The notes under the pieces are model-generated. The model did not search any database and was not told the DNA's origin. It saw only the letters and a list, made by a program, of their open reading frames with translations. Positions 1 through 12,700 of a stretch of DNA of 64,000 nucleotides are shown here, one piece after another. The DNA comes from Octopus vulgaris. Taxonomy: Eukaryota. The position numbers and the translations under genes are program-made. Position 1 is the stretch's first letter. Every line of letters starts with the position of its first letter. The DNA lies in the NCBI GenBank assembly GCA_951406725.2, contig OX597816.1:83576001-83640000 (forward strand), in the 5' to 3' direction.

Positions 1-3000
1 GAACGGGCGACATTTCATTGAACAGTATAATCAACAGTCTCCAGTCCGTAGTTGGGCAAATGAAACGTACAAATAGCTTGGGAATGGGTGCCCCGTTCCA
101 GCGGTTTTCCATCAAGGACCCAAAGTATAAACGTTAGGGAGAAAGAGAAAGAAAGAAAGCGAGAGAGAGAGAGAGATAAATGAAACAAAAATGTTTCTCA
201 ATGCGGAGAACAACATCTTGAGTCAGTAGATTAACCCACAGATCCAGTCACCTGTATTACTAGGGGCGAGTATTATGCTCATTCATGTGAGTCACTCGCG
301 TCACTCTCAACGTATTTCAGTAAAAATACTGAAGAATAGAACCCCTCTCTTCATTCTTACCATTCTCCCCAAGATTTATTTAAAAGAAAAATGATGAAGA
401 ATTGGTGACAGTAGTCGTTCCTCTTCTGACATTGGTTCATTTCAAAGCTGTCCATCACACTACTTCTTTCAGTATAGCGATGAGATAGATGATAATTGTT
501 TGCTTTCTCGGCTGTGATGAATCAGTGATAGAATAAGCTAATAACCATATTTGTCCTTCATGCGATAAGAGCTATTTGATGCAAACTTACAGGTTATAAG
601 TACTTGGATACAGCACAGAACATGTGCATATAGATATTATAAACGTAGAGAGAGAGGGGCATAAATGTGATACATAAAAGTTTGATGCACAGAACATAAG
701 TACCCACAAACAAACGGCAAAGAAGACGTCACTTAAGTAGGATCAAGGCACCTCCTGACTCTGTGCTGGGAAAGGAGTCATCTACGTTCTCCTTGGTTCC
801 CCTAGCTCGTCTACCCCTCATGATAATTGTTCTGAGAATGAAGCGACATCATTTGTCTCTGCTTCCGCTTTAACTATTTTCGGAGCTTCGGCTGGTGCAG
901 CAGCAGCAGCAGCAGCAGCAGCAGCCATGGTCACTTGCTACTGTCTTTTGTTATCCCCTTCACTTTTTTTGCATTTCTCTTCTTGAACAAGTAGATACTG
1001 ATTCTTCCTGAGAATTCCTGAGTATAGTGTCGGTAGAATATTCGCTAACTTCGTTAATTGAACGAATAGGCTGATCGTTAATGGAACAAATTGAAACTCC
1101 TCGTCCAAAGTAACAGAAACCATTTGTATACAATTTCACATACACACATAGACACATATATGCACATACATATTTTGATATCATAAGAAATTACCATAGT
1201 CAGTCATAACTTTCGCTCTGACGTCACATCCATACAAAAGCCCAAATGACTTAGCACGTCGACTCTTATGATATTAGAAAATATGTTTATTTGAATTTTC
1301 ATTTCGTATCGAGTTCTATCTATGTCATTCACATAATGTTGTCATTAACGTAAGATTATATACTTGGCATACAGCCTTATTTTAAACACATACATTACAA
1401 AATGTGTGTCTGCATATGTATGCTTAGAGAGCGGGGAAAGATAAGACAAAAGAGAAAGAGAAAATGTGATAGTCAGCGAAAGCTAAAATAAAAGGAAAAT
1501 GGGTTTAAAATGTAAAGAAAAACATATTAAATAAAATGGGAGCATTTATACCGCCTTGAATTTGATGAAATCAAGGTCCGATCGATACGTTGTCAACATA
1601 AAAGTTTGCAAAAATGCTAAGATCTAGGATTTCGTCACCCACCTTGATACTTTAAAATCATGGAATTCAAAATGTCTGCTGAAGTGACAGAGAGCATTCC
1701 AAAAGACAAAAGAACAAACAAGTAAACGAAATTAGTATGTGAAGTAATGGGAAAAATCGATAGTCAGAGATAGATTGCCTTGTTGGTAGGAGACTCACTA
1801 TTTAAAAAAGGATCTATAGTTCGAACCCTTTCACCTCGTCTGCACTAGATAGTTGTATATCACCTGTAACCAGAAACGCCCAGTATATCTGTCAATACAC
1901 ATGTTATTTTTACGATGTATCACGCCCGGCCTAGCAGTAACTAGTTATTTGTGGACTTCCTTCATCAAAGTGCTAATCCTCTAGAATTAGCTTTCCTTCC
2001 CAACCAAAGGTTTTCCTTTAGACATTGACTTACAAAGAATTAAACATAACATCAATTGTATCTATCCATTCAGCCCTCGCAGATCTGTAAATGTTACAGG
2101 TGGAGCTAATTCTAATTGCCAAAACCATCTTTATACTGAGTTTATGGTTGAGCGGCAAAATCCTTAGAGCTTGCGGTATTTGCTCCAGATCTCTGCGTTC
2201 TGATTTCAAATCCTTCTGAGATCAACTTTGCCTTTCATCCTTTCGGATGTCAATAAAATAAAATACGAATCTGGGACGGTAGACTGGTGGAATTGTCCGA
2301 GCATTTCTCGGGGTATCTTGTGGTATATTTTCAGACTTTGTTTTGATCTGAGTTCTTGTGAGGTAGATAAAATCCGACATATACCAGCAAGCATTCGTGT
2401 CAAGTCTTCAGACTATTGATAATCTTCATGTAAGCACTAAAAAGGATTAAGGTTATGGGCACTGATCTTCCTTTTTAACTAAACAGTAAAAAAAAAAATG
2501 GTGAGCACTTTTAGTTCTCTCACATCTCCATTTCCACAGTTCTACGTTGGTGTTGTTACTGTGGAACAATATTTACTCTGGTGTGCTTATTTTCTTGATA
2601 ACATTTATGGATTCTATTTTACGTTTAGCAATAATCATAAAAAGCGTTATGGAAAAGTTCTCTCACAAACTTTTCCACATGTAATCAGTCAACGCCCAAA
2701 ATGTGTTTTACCTCTTCTGACAGACATGATAATAAAAACGGATCCTGTTTGCATGATTTGAAGAAAAATAGTTGTGATGGTATTTTAAAAGTCAAGCAGA
2801 TATGTATGTGCCAAGCAATTTATAGCAAAAATAAAATTAGACAGTGAAAAGATTATGTGATTTTCTCAAGGTTGAATGACATAGAGACGTGGTTTGGTTT
2901 CATCTAGGAATTGGTCCTGAAATTTTGCTCTCCCTAGAAAGGTTATTGATATTTTACATTAAAGTAAGGCACAAAAGCTCTATATTGTAAGTGATGGGAC

Positions 3001-3253
3001 AGATTATTAGGTATTGGGTATGATTTTCAGGCTTCGCTTGAGAGTATGGAGAGTAGAAGTGAAATGAAATGACATCGAGGAAGTAATTTTGTAGCATTCT
3101 ACTTGTCTTTTTGTACCCTTAAAATTAGAACAAGTTCTGTTAAGGACGTGAAGGATGTACCAGATATTTAATGGAGCCCAGAACCTTGACTCGTGTATGT
3201 TAGCAAATTACAATACTACACGTATAGAAGACTTAAGACAAGGAAATGTAGCA

Positions 3254-3319
<66 letters not shown>

Positions 3320-4067
3320 GGAGAGAGAGAGGGGGGGAGAATAAAATAAAACAAACATTTTCTGAATCAATCAACAGCAAAATCTATCCTTGGTGAGACT
3401 TGAATTCAGAACGAGTGGAAATACAAGACACTTGTTCCTGGGAGTTAGCGATTCTTTCATCCCCTACCTTATCCAAATAAAGTTATTCTTCATTCCTTAA
3501 ATGAACACATTTCGTACAAATATGTCATGGAGAAATAAAGCCAACTCAATCGGTCAGAGCCTATCAATTGTGTTTTATTTCAACATTTTCAAGAAATTCG
3601 AAGATAATGAATGTCAATATTATCATTATGTGAATCAGTATCATAACTATTAACATGTACATTCACTTTCTTACTAGAAACCTTTATTGTTATCTTAGAC
3701 GGCAGAATCGACAGAACTCCAGACAAAACCCCTGGGTCTATTTCCTAATGTCAATTTTACATTCAAAATTGGAATCTTGCTACGAGACGTTATATACCAT
3801 TCATCTCTTCAGATTCATCTTTAAATTTCATTAAAGTACCAGTGATATCCCAGGAGATAATTTCTATTCACCGAATCGATATATTTCGTTGATCTGAGCC
3901 AATTTTAAACATATTTTCAGGCAAATATTTAATGGAGCGCTTTACGACACAATGAAGACATCTTACACAAAAATGAAAGGAAGAGAGTTGGATTGCTGTA
4001 AGTTCATCGTGGCTTTATGGTTTCTCAAATGCACTGGAGATAGTATAGCAGGTTGAATAGCTCATAA

Positions 4068-4366
4068 ACGTCGCCCTTTTCAAGCCTAATGGGCTCGGTT
4101 TCCCGGTTTCTGTTGCGTATGTGTTCCCCCCAGCTGGACGGGACGCCAGTCTATCGCAGCGTTACTCAAGAAACAGGAAGAGAAAGTGAGAGAAAGTTGT
4201 GGCGAAAGAGTACAACAGGGGTCGCCACCCCTGCCTGACCACCCCCCCGTGGAGCTTTTAGGCTTTTTCGCTCAATAAACACACACACCGCCCGGTCTGG
4301 GAATCGAAACCGCGATCCTCCGACCGCGAGTCCGTTGCCCTAACTACTGGGCCATTGCACCTCCAC
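4068..4366 (-). mobile_element. tRNA-derived SINE, same head as 21203-21596 but different tail, with 13-bp TSD
   Basis: Head and central part closely match the 21.4-21.6 kb copy; TSD gaatag(c/a)tcataa at 4055-4067 and 4367-4379. Confidence 0.85.
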
Positions 4367-4832
4367 GAATAGATCATAAGACCTACGTAAATTTACTTTT
4401 CTTTGTTATTTTCCATGTGAGTCTAAATCATAAAAAATCTAAATGAGTAACAAAATCTTCTTTTGTCCAAAGCCTTTTGTCCCTTAGGTATCGGTGGAAT
4501 AACTGCAGTAAAATTCTTGTGATTCACTCCCAGATTTAGTTCGCCATACCTATACAAATAAAAATTTACCGCCTCTAACCAAATCACCAGAATAACCTAT
4601 TTTCTCGTAGTCATAAAATGAAAACGAAGGATGTCAAAGGATAAGCGCTCTCCTTGCAATTTATGTTAGATATTTTCTGTAAATTGCATTAAGGCTATGT
4701 CCTGTTTTTTTTTTTTTTTAAATGCTTCATATGCTACAAATATTAAGGATCATAGATGCTGAAATTCGTAGATGTTAGTGTGAGTAATCTGAGCAAATTT
4801 AGAAATATTTCATATAGACTCAGAAAAATAAT

Positions 4833-5662
<830 letters not shown>

Positions 5663-6336
5663 TAACTAAAGTGACAAGTATAAACCAAGATTTTGACACT
5701 TTTTGAACAAGTGAGAAAAGTTGTTGGAGAATTCAGCATTGCGCTGTGGTTTTACTTGTGATTTTTTATATTTTTTTTCGCTATTTAATTTGTATTACTA
5801 GAGTTTTGATAGCTGTGAATGGATAAAAGTTATCTTATACTATTTAAACTATGGTCGAGTAAATTGAGCGATAGAAAGTACCCTGTGCCAATATGATAGA
5901 TGACGAAACAAGCATGCATCAAAGATAGCAATTTTAACAATAACAGTAACAGCAACATTCACAGAGGCAATAATATCATAAACATCAACAAAACATAACA
6001 ATCACTCCCATTAAACGAATGACAATAACAAATGTAGAGACGACAATTTGAAAAGGAAATGAGAGGGTTATAAAAGAGAAAGAGTGTAAGAGAGAGACGG
6101 AGAGAAGAAGAGAGAGAGAGCGACTGAGGAAGAAAAAGAGAGAATGAAAGGTATGTTTTACGAATTATTATAGGTAAAGATAATTTCCTTTGATTCTTAA
6201 ATTGTCTTAGGAATTATAAACATAAAAATGTATGTATAAGCATGTTTTCATATACATGCTATTAAGTATATTTATGTATTTAAATGAATATATATATATA
6301 TTTCAATATACGTACATATATATATATATATACATG

Positions 6337-6381
<45 letters not shown>

Positions 6382-6383
<2 letters not shown>

Positions 6384-6512
6384 GTTGAAGAGCGTAGGCT
6401 CGAAACGTAAAAGACTTGTTTTATTTATATTCCTGAGCGCCATACTAATACAATTGTTTGTTTGTATTCCACCTGCCTTCGTCTTTTGTTTATTTTCATA
6501 AAGCTTCCCGTT
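6382..6512 (+). mobile_element. Short (TA)n-embedded element with degenerate hammerhead (probable Penelope-like pLTR remnant)
   Basis: CTGTTGA A GAGC gtag GCTC GAAA CG TA; flanked both sides by (TA)n; its 3' end recurs reverse-complemented at 18353-18370 and 18391-18425. Confidence 0.55.
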
Positions 6513-6515
6513 ATA

Positions 6516-6580
<65 letters not shown>

Positions 6581-8628
6581 CATATATATATGTACATATA
6601 ATATAATAGTGTATAAGAGTTTACACACGGAGAGGAGACCACCATGTGGATTCCTTACAAGCTAGAAAAGGAGCCAAAACCCAAACCACGAAAGCGATAT
6701 TCTTACATTGCCTGTTGCTCGTAGGACACTTGAAGGAATACAAATCTCAGTTAACCCTATACACTGTTAGGTTATACACTATTATATGATAAGAATATTT
6801 ATGTCATGTGACTTTTATTATGCATGCTAGCCACTGGTATTAATTATTAATTCGATAATTTTTAGCCCGTATTTATATAGTTAAATATATGTGTCTGTTT
6901 ATATATGTATGTACGCATACACACAGATACACTTGTGTATGAAGGAATTCATGTATGTATGTGTATGTGAATGCGTGACCATGAGTGGAATATTATATTA
7001 GAAAAGCTATGAAAATAACTGTTAGGTATGGCATCTAAAAAAAACTATACGTTAACCGAGCAATAGGTAATACGTTAACCGAGCCATAGGTATAATTAAA
7101 AATAAAAAGATTTGTGAGCTAGATGAAACAGCTGTCATTAGTAGTGGAAGATACAGCTCAGCTATGGGCATATAGTTGTCCATGAGCATGTGGTTGGCGT
7201 ATTAATGGATTTGATAGTTACTATTTTAATAGTGTATGAATATCACAGTATTCTTTTTATATACTTTGGACGTCTAAAAGTATACTAGCTCCTACTGATA
7301 TTAGGTGTTCCCTAAAAGGGTGGTTATTCTGATTGTGCTAGTGAGTGGATTACAATAAATTACCTAAGAACACTAATTTTACGTAAATTAAGCATGTAAA
7401 TTAATTTTGAGAAACTAATTCGCAATTTTTGAAATTATTACCTTTAAAAATTGCTAACCATTGCTACTGCTCAACTAACAGCAAGTTAGAATTTAGGTGG
7501 GGCCCAGTTAGAATTTTCTTCTGGTCGAGTAGCCCATCCCGCTCAAAAGGTTTCTGAATAAAGATTGTTTAAGGATGTTGAACGAAACACCCATGTTTCC
7601 AAAGGTGAATTATCCAAGGTTTGTGTTATTTCATCAGTTCTTTATATTTGACTGTTGCACAAATTACTATTGCCCGAAATTCTATGTAACTCTATACTCT
7701 TACCTGTGTGCAAAAAAATATATATATATAAATTAACTCTTATTGATTGATCAAAGCAAGCTTGAGTATACTATGGTATGATGATGAGGTTCAAAAGACT
7801 GAAATATGTTTCCTACTGCCCTTTTGTTTGCAAACATAGATTAGATTTCTGCTAAGTATGTTAATTTTCTTTGAGAGTAATTTTTCTGTTGCGTCATATT
7901 GTACATCGGCTTCTAAATTATATTTGTATACTACATCACTTAGCTGTGATTAAACCAAGCACGAATCGATTTTATTGTTCCATAAATTCGGATTATTAAG
8001 AATGATTCGATTGATTACAATGTCATAGCATCTCCCTTGTGAAAGCAAGGCTTGAATCTAAGCTGAAGAAGCCAATTTTATTTCAACTACTGCAGCTACT
8101 TCAACACTATTATCGTTTCATTGTTTGTTGTTTAACTTCAAACCTTCACTGATACAGTGACCTATGATCAAATGCATTCCAGCCATGACCAGCTCATTTT
8201 CACTTTCCAAGGTACAGTTGTAAACAGTAGCACATCATCCAATACGTCCACCATTCGAAAGAGATTCGGAGATTCGGTCTTTAATTCTAACTGATCGAGG
8301 AACGATGTAGAAGATTCCTCTTTGAGTTTTTGTTCTTATTTGTGCTGTTACTGTTGTTATTCTGTACGAAAACATTATCCTTCTGCTTTTATAACAAGAA
8401 TTTTTTAACATTTCCCACATTAATATTATCAGTTATAATTATCATCAATACTATTATTATTAAATACACTAAATGTATATTGGCATACATCTCTCGCTGC
8501 TGGTCACCACTTAAAGACACACTTAAAGCGAAGAGAAGACACATTTAGCACGTTTGAAAAATAGATGTAATATACAGTTTAACTAAAGGCAAATATTATG
8601 AATATTATTATCATTATCATCATCATCA

Positions 8629-8672
<44 letters not shown>

Positions 8673-9853
8673 ATTATTATTATTAATATTATTATTATTA
8701 TTACTATTTTTATAATTGACATTTAAAAAATAGTTTTACTATTAATCTTGATTCTTGTTATTGTTTGAAAAAGATAGTTCTGAGAGAGGAGAAAGATGAA
8801 GTAGAACTAATGAAATGTTTTAATACCGGAATCCGGCTTGAAGCAAATTCTTCTGCTACCCCACCAGACGTAATCAGCCGGTGTCACCCCTAGTGAAAAA
8901 AATAGAAGCACGGAGGAAAATTGTAAAGTTGTTGGTAATGTTTGTATTTTGGGATACTACATTAAAAACATAGTCGCTATACATTAGTACACACAAACAT
9001 ATACAAACATAGACATACACACGCTCACATATATATAAATGTATATAACTAGAAAGACATATATACTGACTAAAATACAAACACATATAAGAATAGAGAG
9101 ATAAAGAAAGAGATACATCGACACAAACATATAAATATATACATATACATCCATATATATACAATCTCTGCCTCTATATCACACAAATAAGTATATATAT
9201 ACATGAAGACATACAAGTAAATATACAGAAAATCATGGTTGCATTGTGATTTACTCTATAAATTCTACAGCGGGATTCAATCAAATTGGAAGAGCCATAT
9301 CTAGGTCTCTGATATATAAGATTCTAACATACTGAAATAATTGTTGATATCTAACATAGAGACATAACCTCAGATGATTCTGATGATATAATCGACATGG
9401 ACACATAACAGGTAAAATATTTTATAATGCTAGGTGGGATGAAAGCTCAGGAGGACAATATGTACGGACGTAGTCATCGATGTCAAAAACAGCTACTAAC
9501 ATAGTAATACTTTTACGATTGGGCAATCACAACCTTGCCCACAAATGAAAAATACATAGATGAGAAAACACGTAACAATGAACACTCATATTAAATAAAA
9601 AATTAAATAAAATTTCAAACACGAAAAGAAAAAAGTGCCAAAAATCATAGAAAATTTTCAACTGCTCCAACAATAACAGGGAAAATCGTTACATATAATA
9701 CAAGAAAGCCTTGAAAATATAGCAAAAACTGCAGTTATTTCTTAATAAAATCCAAACACATGCCAGTATACATATTAATATAATTTCGCAACGCTTAACA
9801 CCTAACATATAAACTTACACAAATGTACATACATGCATTCACGCGCATGCACA

Positions 9854-10075
9854 TACGAGGGGGTGCTGAAAGGTTCATGGTTTTTGGGTAAAAGTCAATG
9901 CAGAAGGATCAGTTAATTATGATTTGATTCAACATATCCCTCTCTCAGATTCACTCACTTATTGCAGCAGTCCTTCACCTTTTCCTAGCCCTGTAAAAGA
10001 ACTCGGAAGTTTGGGTCTCCAACAACGCCTTTTGCAATACCCTTAAAGCAACGAACTTTTCATCACCCCCTCGTA
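9854..10075. mobile_element. Mariner/Tc1-type MITE (~220 bp) with TIRs and TA TSD
   Basis: TA cgagggggtgctgaaaggttc ... gaacttttcatcaccccctcg TA. Confidence 0.85.
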
Positions 10076-10160
10076 CAGCTAATATATGCGGCGGTACACG
10101 CATATTGACACATAAAAACATACACACACACTCATATGTAGAGAGAGTAAAGGAGACAGT

Positions 10161-10192
<32 letters not shown>

Positions 10193-10820
10193 AAGAGACT
10201 TATAAACAGTTTGATAGATATTACACGAGAATTTGTATCAGAATGCTCTTAGATCAAGATTGAAATGTTCACGAATACTTCAGTACGTTATGTGTATACT
10301 TTATCTATTATTTCTATTTGAGCCCAGCGTTTTTTTCTTTTTCACACCTCAAAATTAGTGTCGAAGTCTACTTTCTGACGGCCGTTCAATATTGCCCACA
10401 ATTCTTTCTTAATATCATCTAACGTCTGGACGTTCTATTCATTCAGATTCAGTTTTATTTTGGGAAAATGCAGGAATATAATACAGAATAATTATAAATA
10501 TGTGAAATAGTCATTGTTGTGGTCTTTATCAGAAGCTCTGATGCATGTATTCAGAATTCTTGGCAGACCTCAGTTAATTCTTGTCAGTCGCTATTGACAA
10601 ATTCAACAATCTACTTATTTTCTGGTATTCTCCTAGTAACTTGTTGGTCTTAAAGTTCATCTTAAATACATGAACAGCCTTCAAGAGTATGTAGCACTCG
10701 CAAACTTACAAACCTGCGCTTTTATGCTAGACGTAAGGGTAAACGGAATTTTAAGTTACGAAAGGGTTAGGATCGGCTCAATAAATATTTTGTACATATA
10801 ACGTACATACATACAAACAG

Positions 10821-10857
<37 letters not shown>

Positions 10858-11024
10858 TATATATATATATATATACTATATATATATATATATATAGTTT
10901 TAAAATACGTATATATATTATATGTACATTATGAATATAAATGTCACGGATATATATATATATATATACATATATTTTAATGTAGTATGAAAAAGAAAGT
11001 TGTGAATCTAGTAGAGTTATAGGT

Positions 11025-11505
11025 TTCTCATAAAGATAACATGGACGCCGCTCGGGCTCGATAGATTGACCATTATGTAAACCTCCTCGAGGAATGTGAA
11101 GACGCAAGCTGGAAAGCGGAGCAGTTTCCAATCGAAGTCGGATGTAGAGGGTTTGTTGGACACAGTGTGAGTAGACTGTTGTTATCGATAGGCCTAACTC
11201 ATTGTAAAGTAAATGCCACCATGACCGATATCGAAACTACAGTGGAAAAGGCTAGCCACTGGATTTGGTTAAAAAGAGACGATGAGCGATGGCTAGAATA
11301 ATATTGAGCCTTATTTGATAACCGATTGATCTAACAAGCGGGGCCTCATACCAGTGAAGGGGCCGGTGCACATTGATGCCGTCCAGAAGTATACCCCGAA
11401 ACGGCGCGCATTCTCTCCTGATGACCCAATACATCTGCTTGCATCTAGTTTGCGGAGCTTTCGACTGGTAGCACTTGCATGAACAAGTTGTTTGTAAAAC
11501 AGCTG
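11025..11505 (+). mobile_element. 5'-truncated HERO-like (RLE-type) non-LTR retrotransposon 3' end
   Basis: Frame from 11041: MDAARAR*IDHYVNLLEECEDASWKAEQFPIEVGCRGFVGHSVSRLLLSIGL...VEKASHWIWLKRDDERWLE* (stop 11299-11301). PIEVGCRGF and A/VEKASxWxWxKR typify HERO-type C-termini. ~200-nt putative 3' UTR then (TA)n. Confidence 0.75.
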
Positions 11506-11559
11506 TATATATATATATATATATATAAACAATTGCAGCGTGGAAGGTGTTTATAGACC

Positions 11560-11772
11560 ATTTAAAAAACACACAAAAACCGTTCGATTCCCTTCAACGT
11601 TCAAATTTAAATTGTGTCAAAATATTTTCGTCGCTTTGAAACCGCGACCTGTTCACTGACAAAATTCTGTCAGTGAACAGGTCGCGGTTTCAGACTGACG
11701 AAAATATTTTGATACAATTTAAATTGAAATATTGAAGTGAACTTAACAGTTTTTGTGTGTGTATCTTTTAAA
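11560..11772. repeat. ~210-bp imperfect DNA palindrome (inverted pair of probable Penelope-like pseudo-LTR pieces)
   Basis: Arms ...gaaaccgcgacctgttcactgaca / tgtcagtgaacaggtcgcggtttc... around a 6-nt spacer at 11662-11667; pairing continues outward with mismatches; element begins at a (TA)n tract. Confidence 0.85.
11615..11661 (-). ncRNA. Minimal type I hammerhead ribozyme fold, G3-C8 core variant
   Basis: Minus strand reads TGTCA GTGAACA G GTCGC ggtttcaaa GCGAC GAAA ATAT TT TGACA: 5-bp stem I, 5-bp stem II, GAAA, palindromic stem III, UH site. Confidence 0.62.
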
Positions 11773-11931
11773 TCCTTTTCTACTCTAGGCACACGATCAA
11801 CTCCAGTATGCAACTAGTACTTATTTTATCGACCTCGAAATGATGAAAGACAAAGTCGAACTTGGTGGGATTTGAACCCAGAACGTAATGGCAGACGAAA
11901 TACCGCTAAGCATTTCGCCCAGCACGCCACC
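11773..11931 (-). mobile_element. Dominant-family SINE copy
   Basis: Same diagnostic block; sits at the right end of the 11.6 kb palindrome. Confidence 0.8.
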
Positions 11932-12054
11932 TTTGTGGGTCTTTTAAATGTGTGTGTATGTGTGTGTGTGTGTGTATGCATATATGTGTATACGGACCAT
12001 TTCTATCTATTACATAGACATATTAGAAACTAATGTAATTACTACAAGACATAA

Positions 12055-12700
12055 AAAGCAGAAATTCAGCAGAAATCTCTGATGATTTCCCAATAATTCT
12101 CTGGAAAAAGTCACGTATATCTCTTGCAGGTCAGTTCAGTAATTTGTCCAAAGCTTGCATAAAATCGTAAATTCCTTCAAAACCTGATAGAAGGCGTAAT
12201 ATGTTTTAGTTGTCGAAGAGGAAACAGTTGAGATGTCAACGAATTATAGCTAGGAAAACCCAATGATGTACCTACAAAAAGAATCTTAGTGATCACAACA
12301 CAGTTTCTTATCAGACAGAGCCTGTGTCACTCTGGTGTTTCAAAATCATGACTTGAGCAGTTTCTCAATAAATCTTAAATATATATGTTGAGCCAAGGTA
12401 TTGCAAATGCTTTCGACATTGTTGATCGCATGACAGTATGCAACTTCGTGATCTCGGTAGAATCTTAAACCTACGTGTTTGACTGCATGACTGCCAAAGT
12501 AGTAGGAGCCAAAGTGCTTTCTCTGAATATTCAACAATTCAAAGTGGGGTACCTCAGGGAACTGATTCGTACCATTATTGTTGGTAATGGTTCAGTAAGG
12601 GGAGGTTGTCAGTATAGTCACACCCACAATCTATGCAGATGATACGGAACCATAAAAAACGATTTGCAAAAAGGCCTCGAAGAAAATATGAACAGAAGAT
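12055..12700 (+). mobile_element. Decayed CR1/L2-like LINE reverse transcriptase fragment
   Basis: Frameshifted motifs in order: DDFPIILWKK, IANAFDIVD (~12400-12427), SGVPQGT (12542-12562), YADDT (12632-12646). Confidence 0.75.

Noticed and set aside
7048-7092. 23-bp direct repeat (similar small duplications near 15607, 43110, 55500 and 55583)
   Set aside because: Simple local slippage duplications with no further structure.
11393-11430. GAAAC...CTGATGA in the HERO-like 3' UTR as a permuted hammerhead
   Set aside because: The flanks that should form stem II (ccc and ccc) cannot pair.
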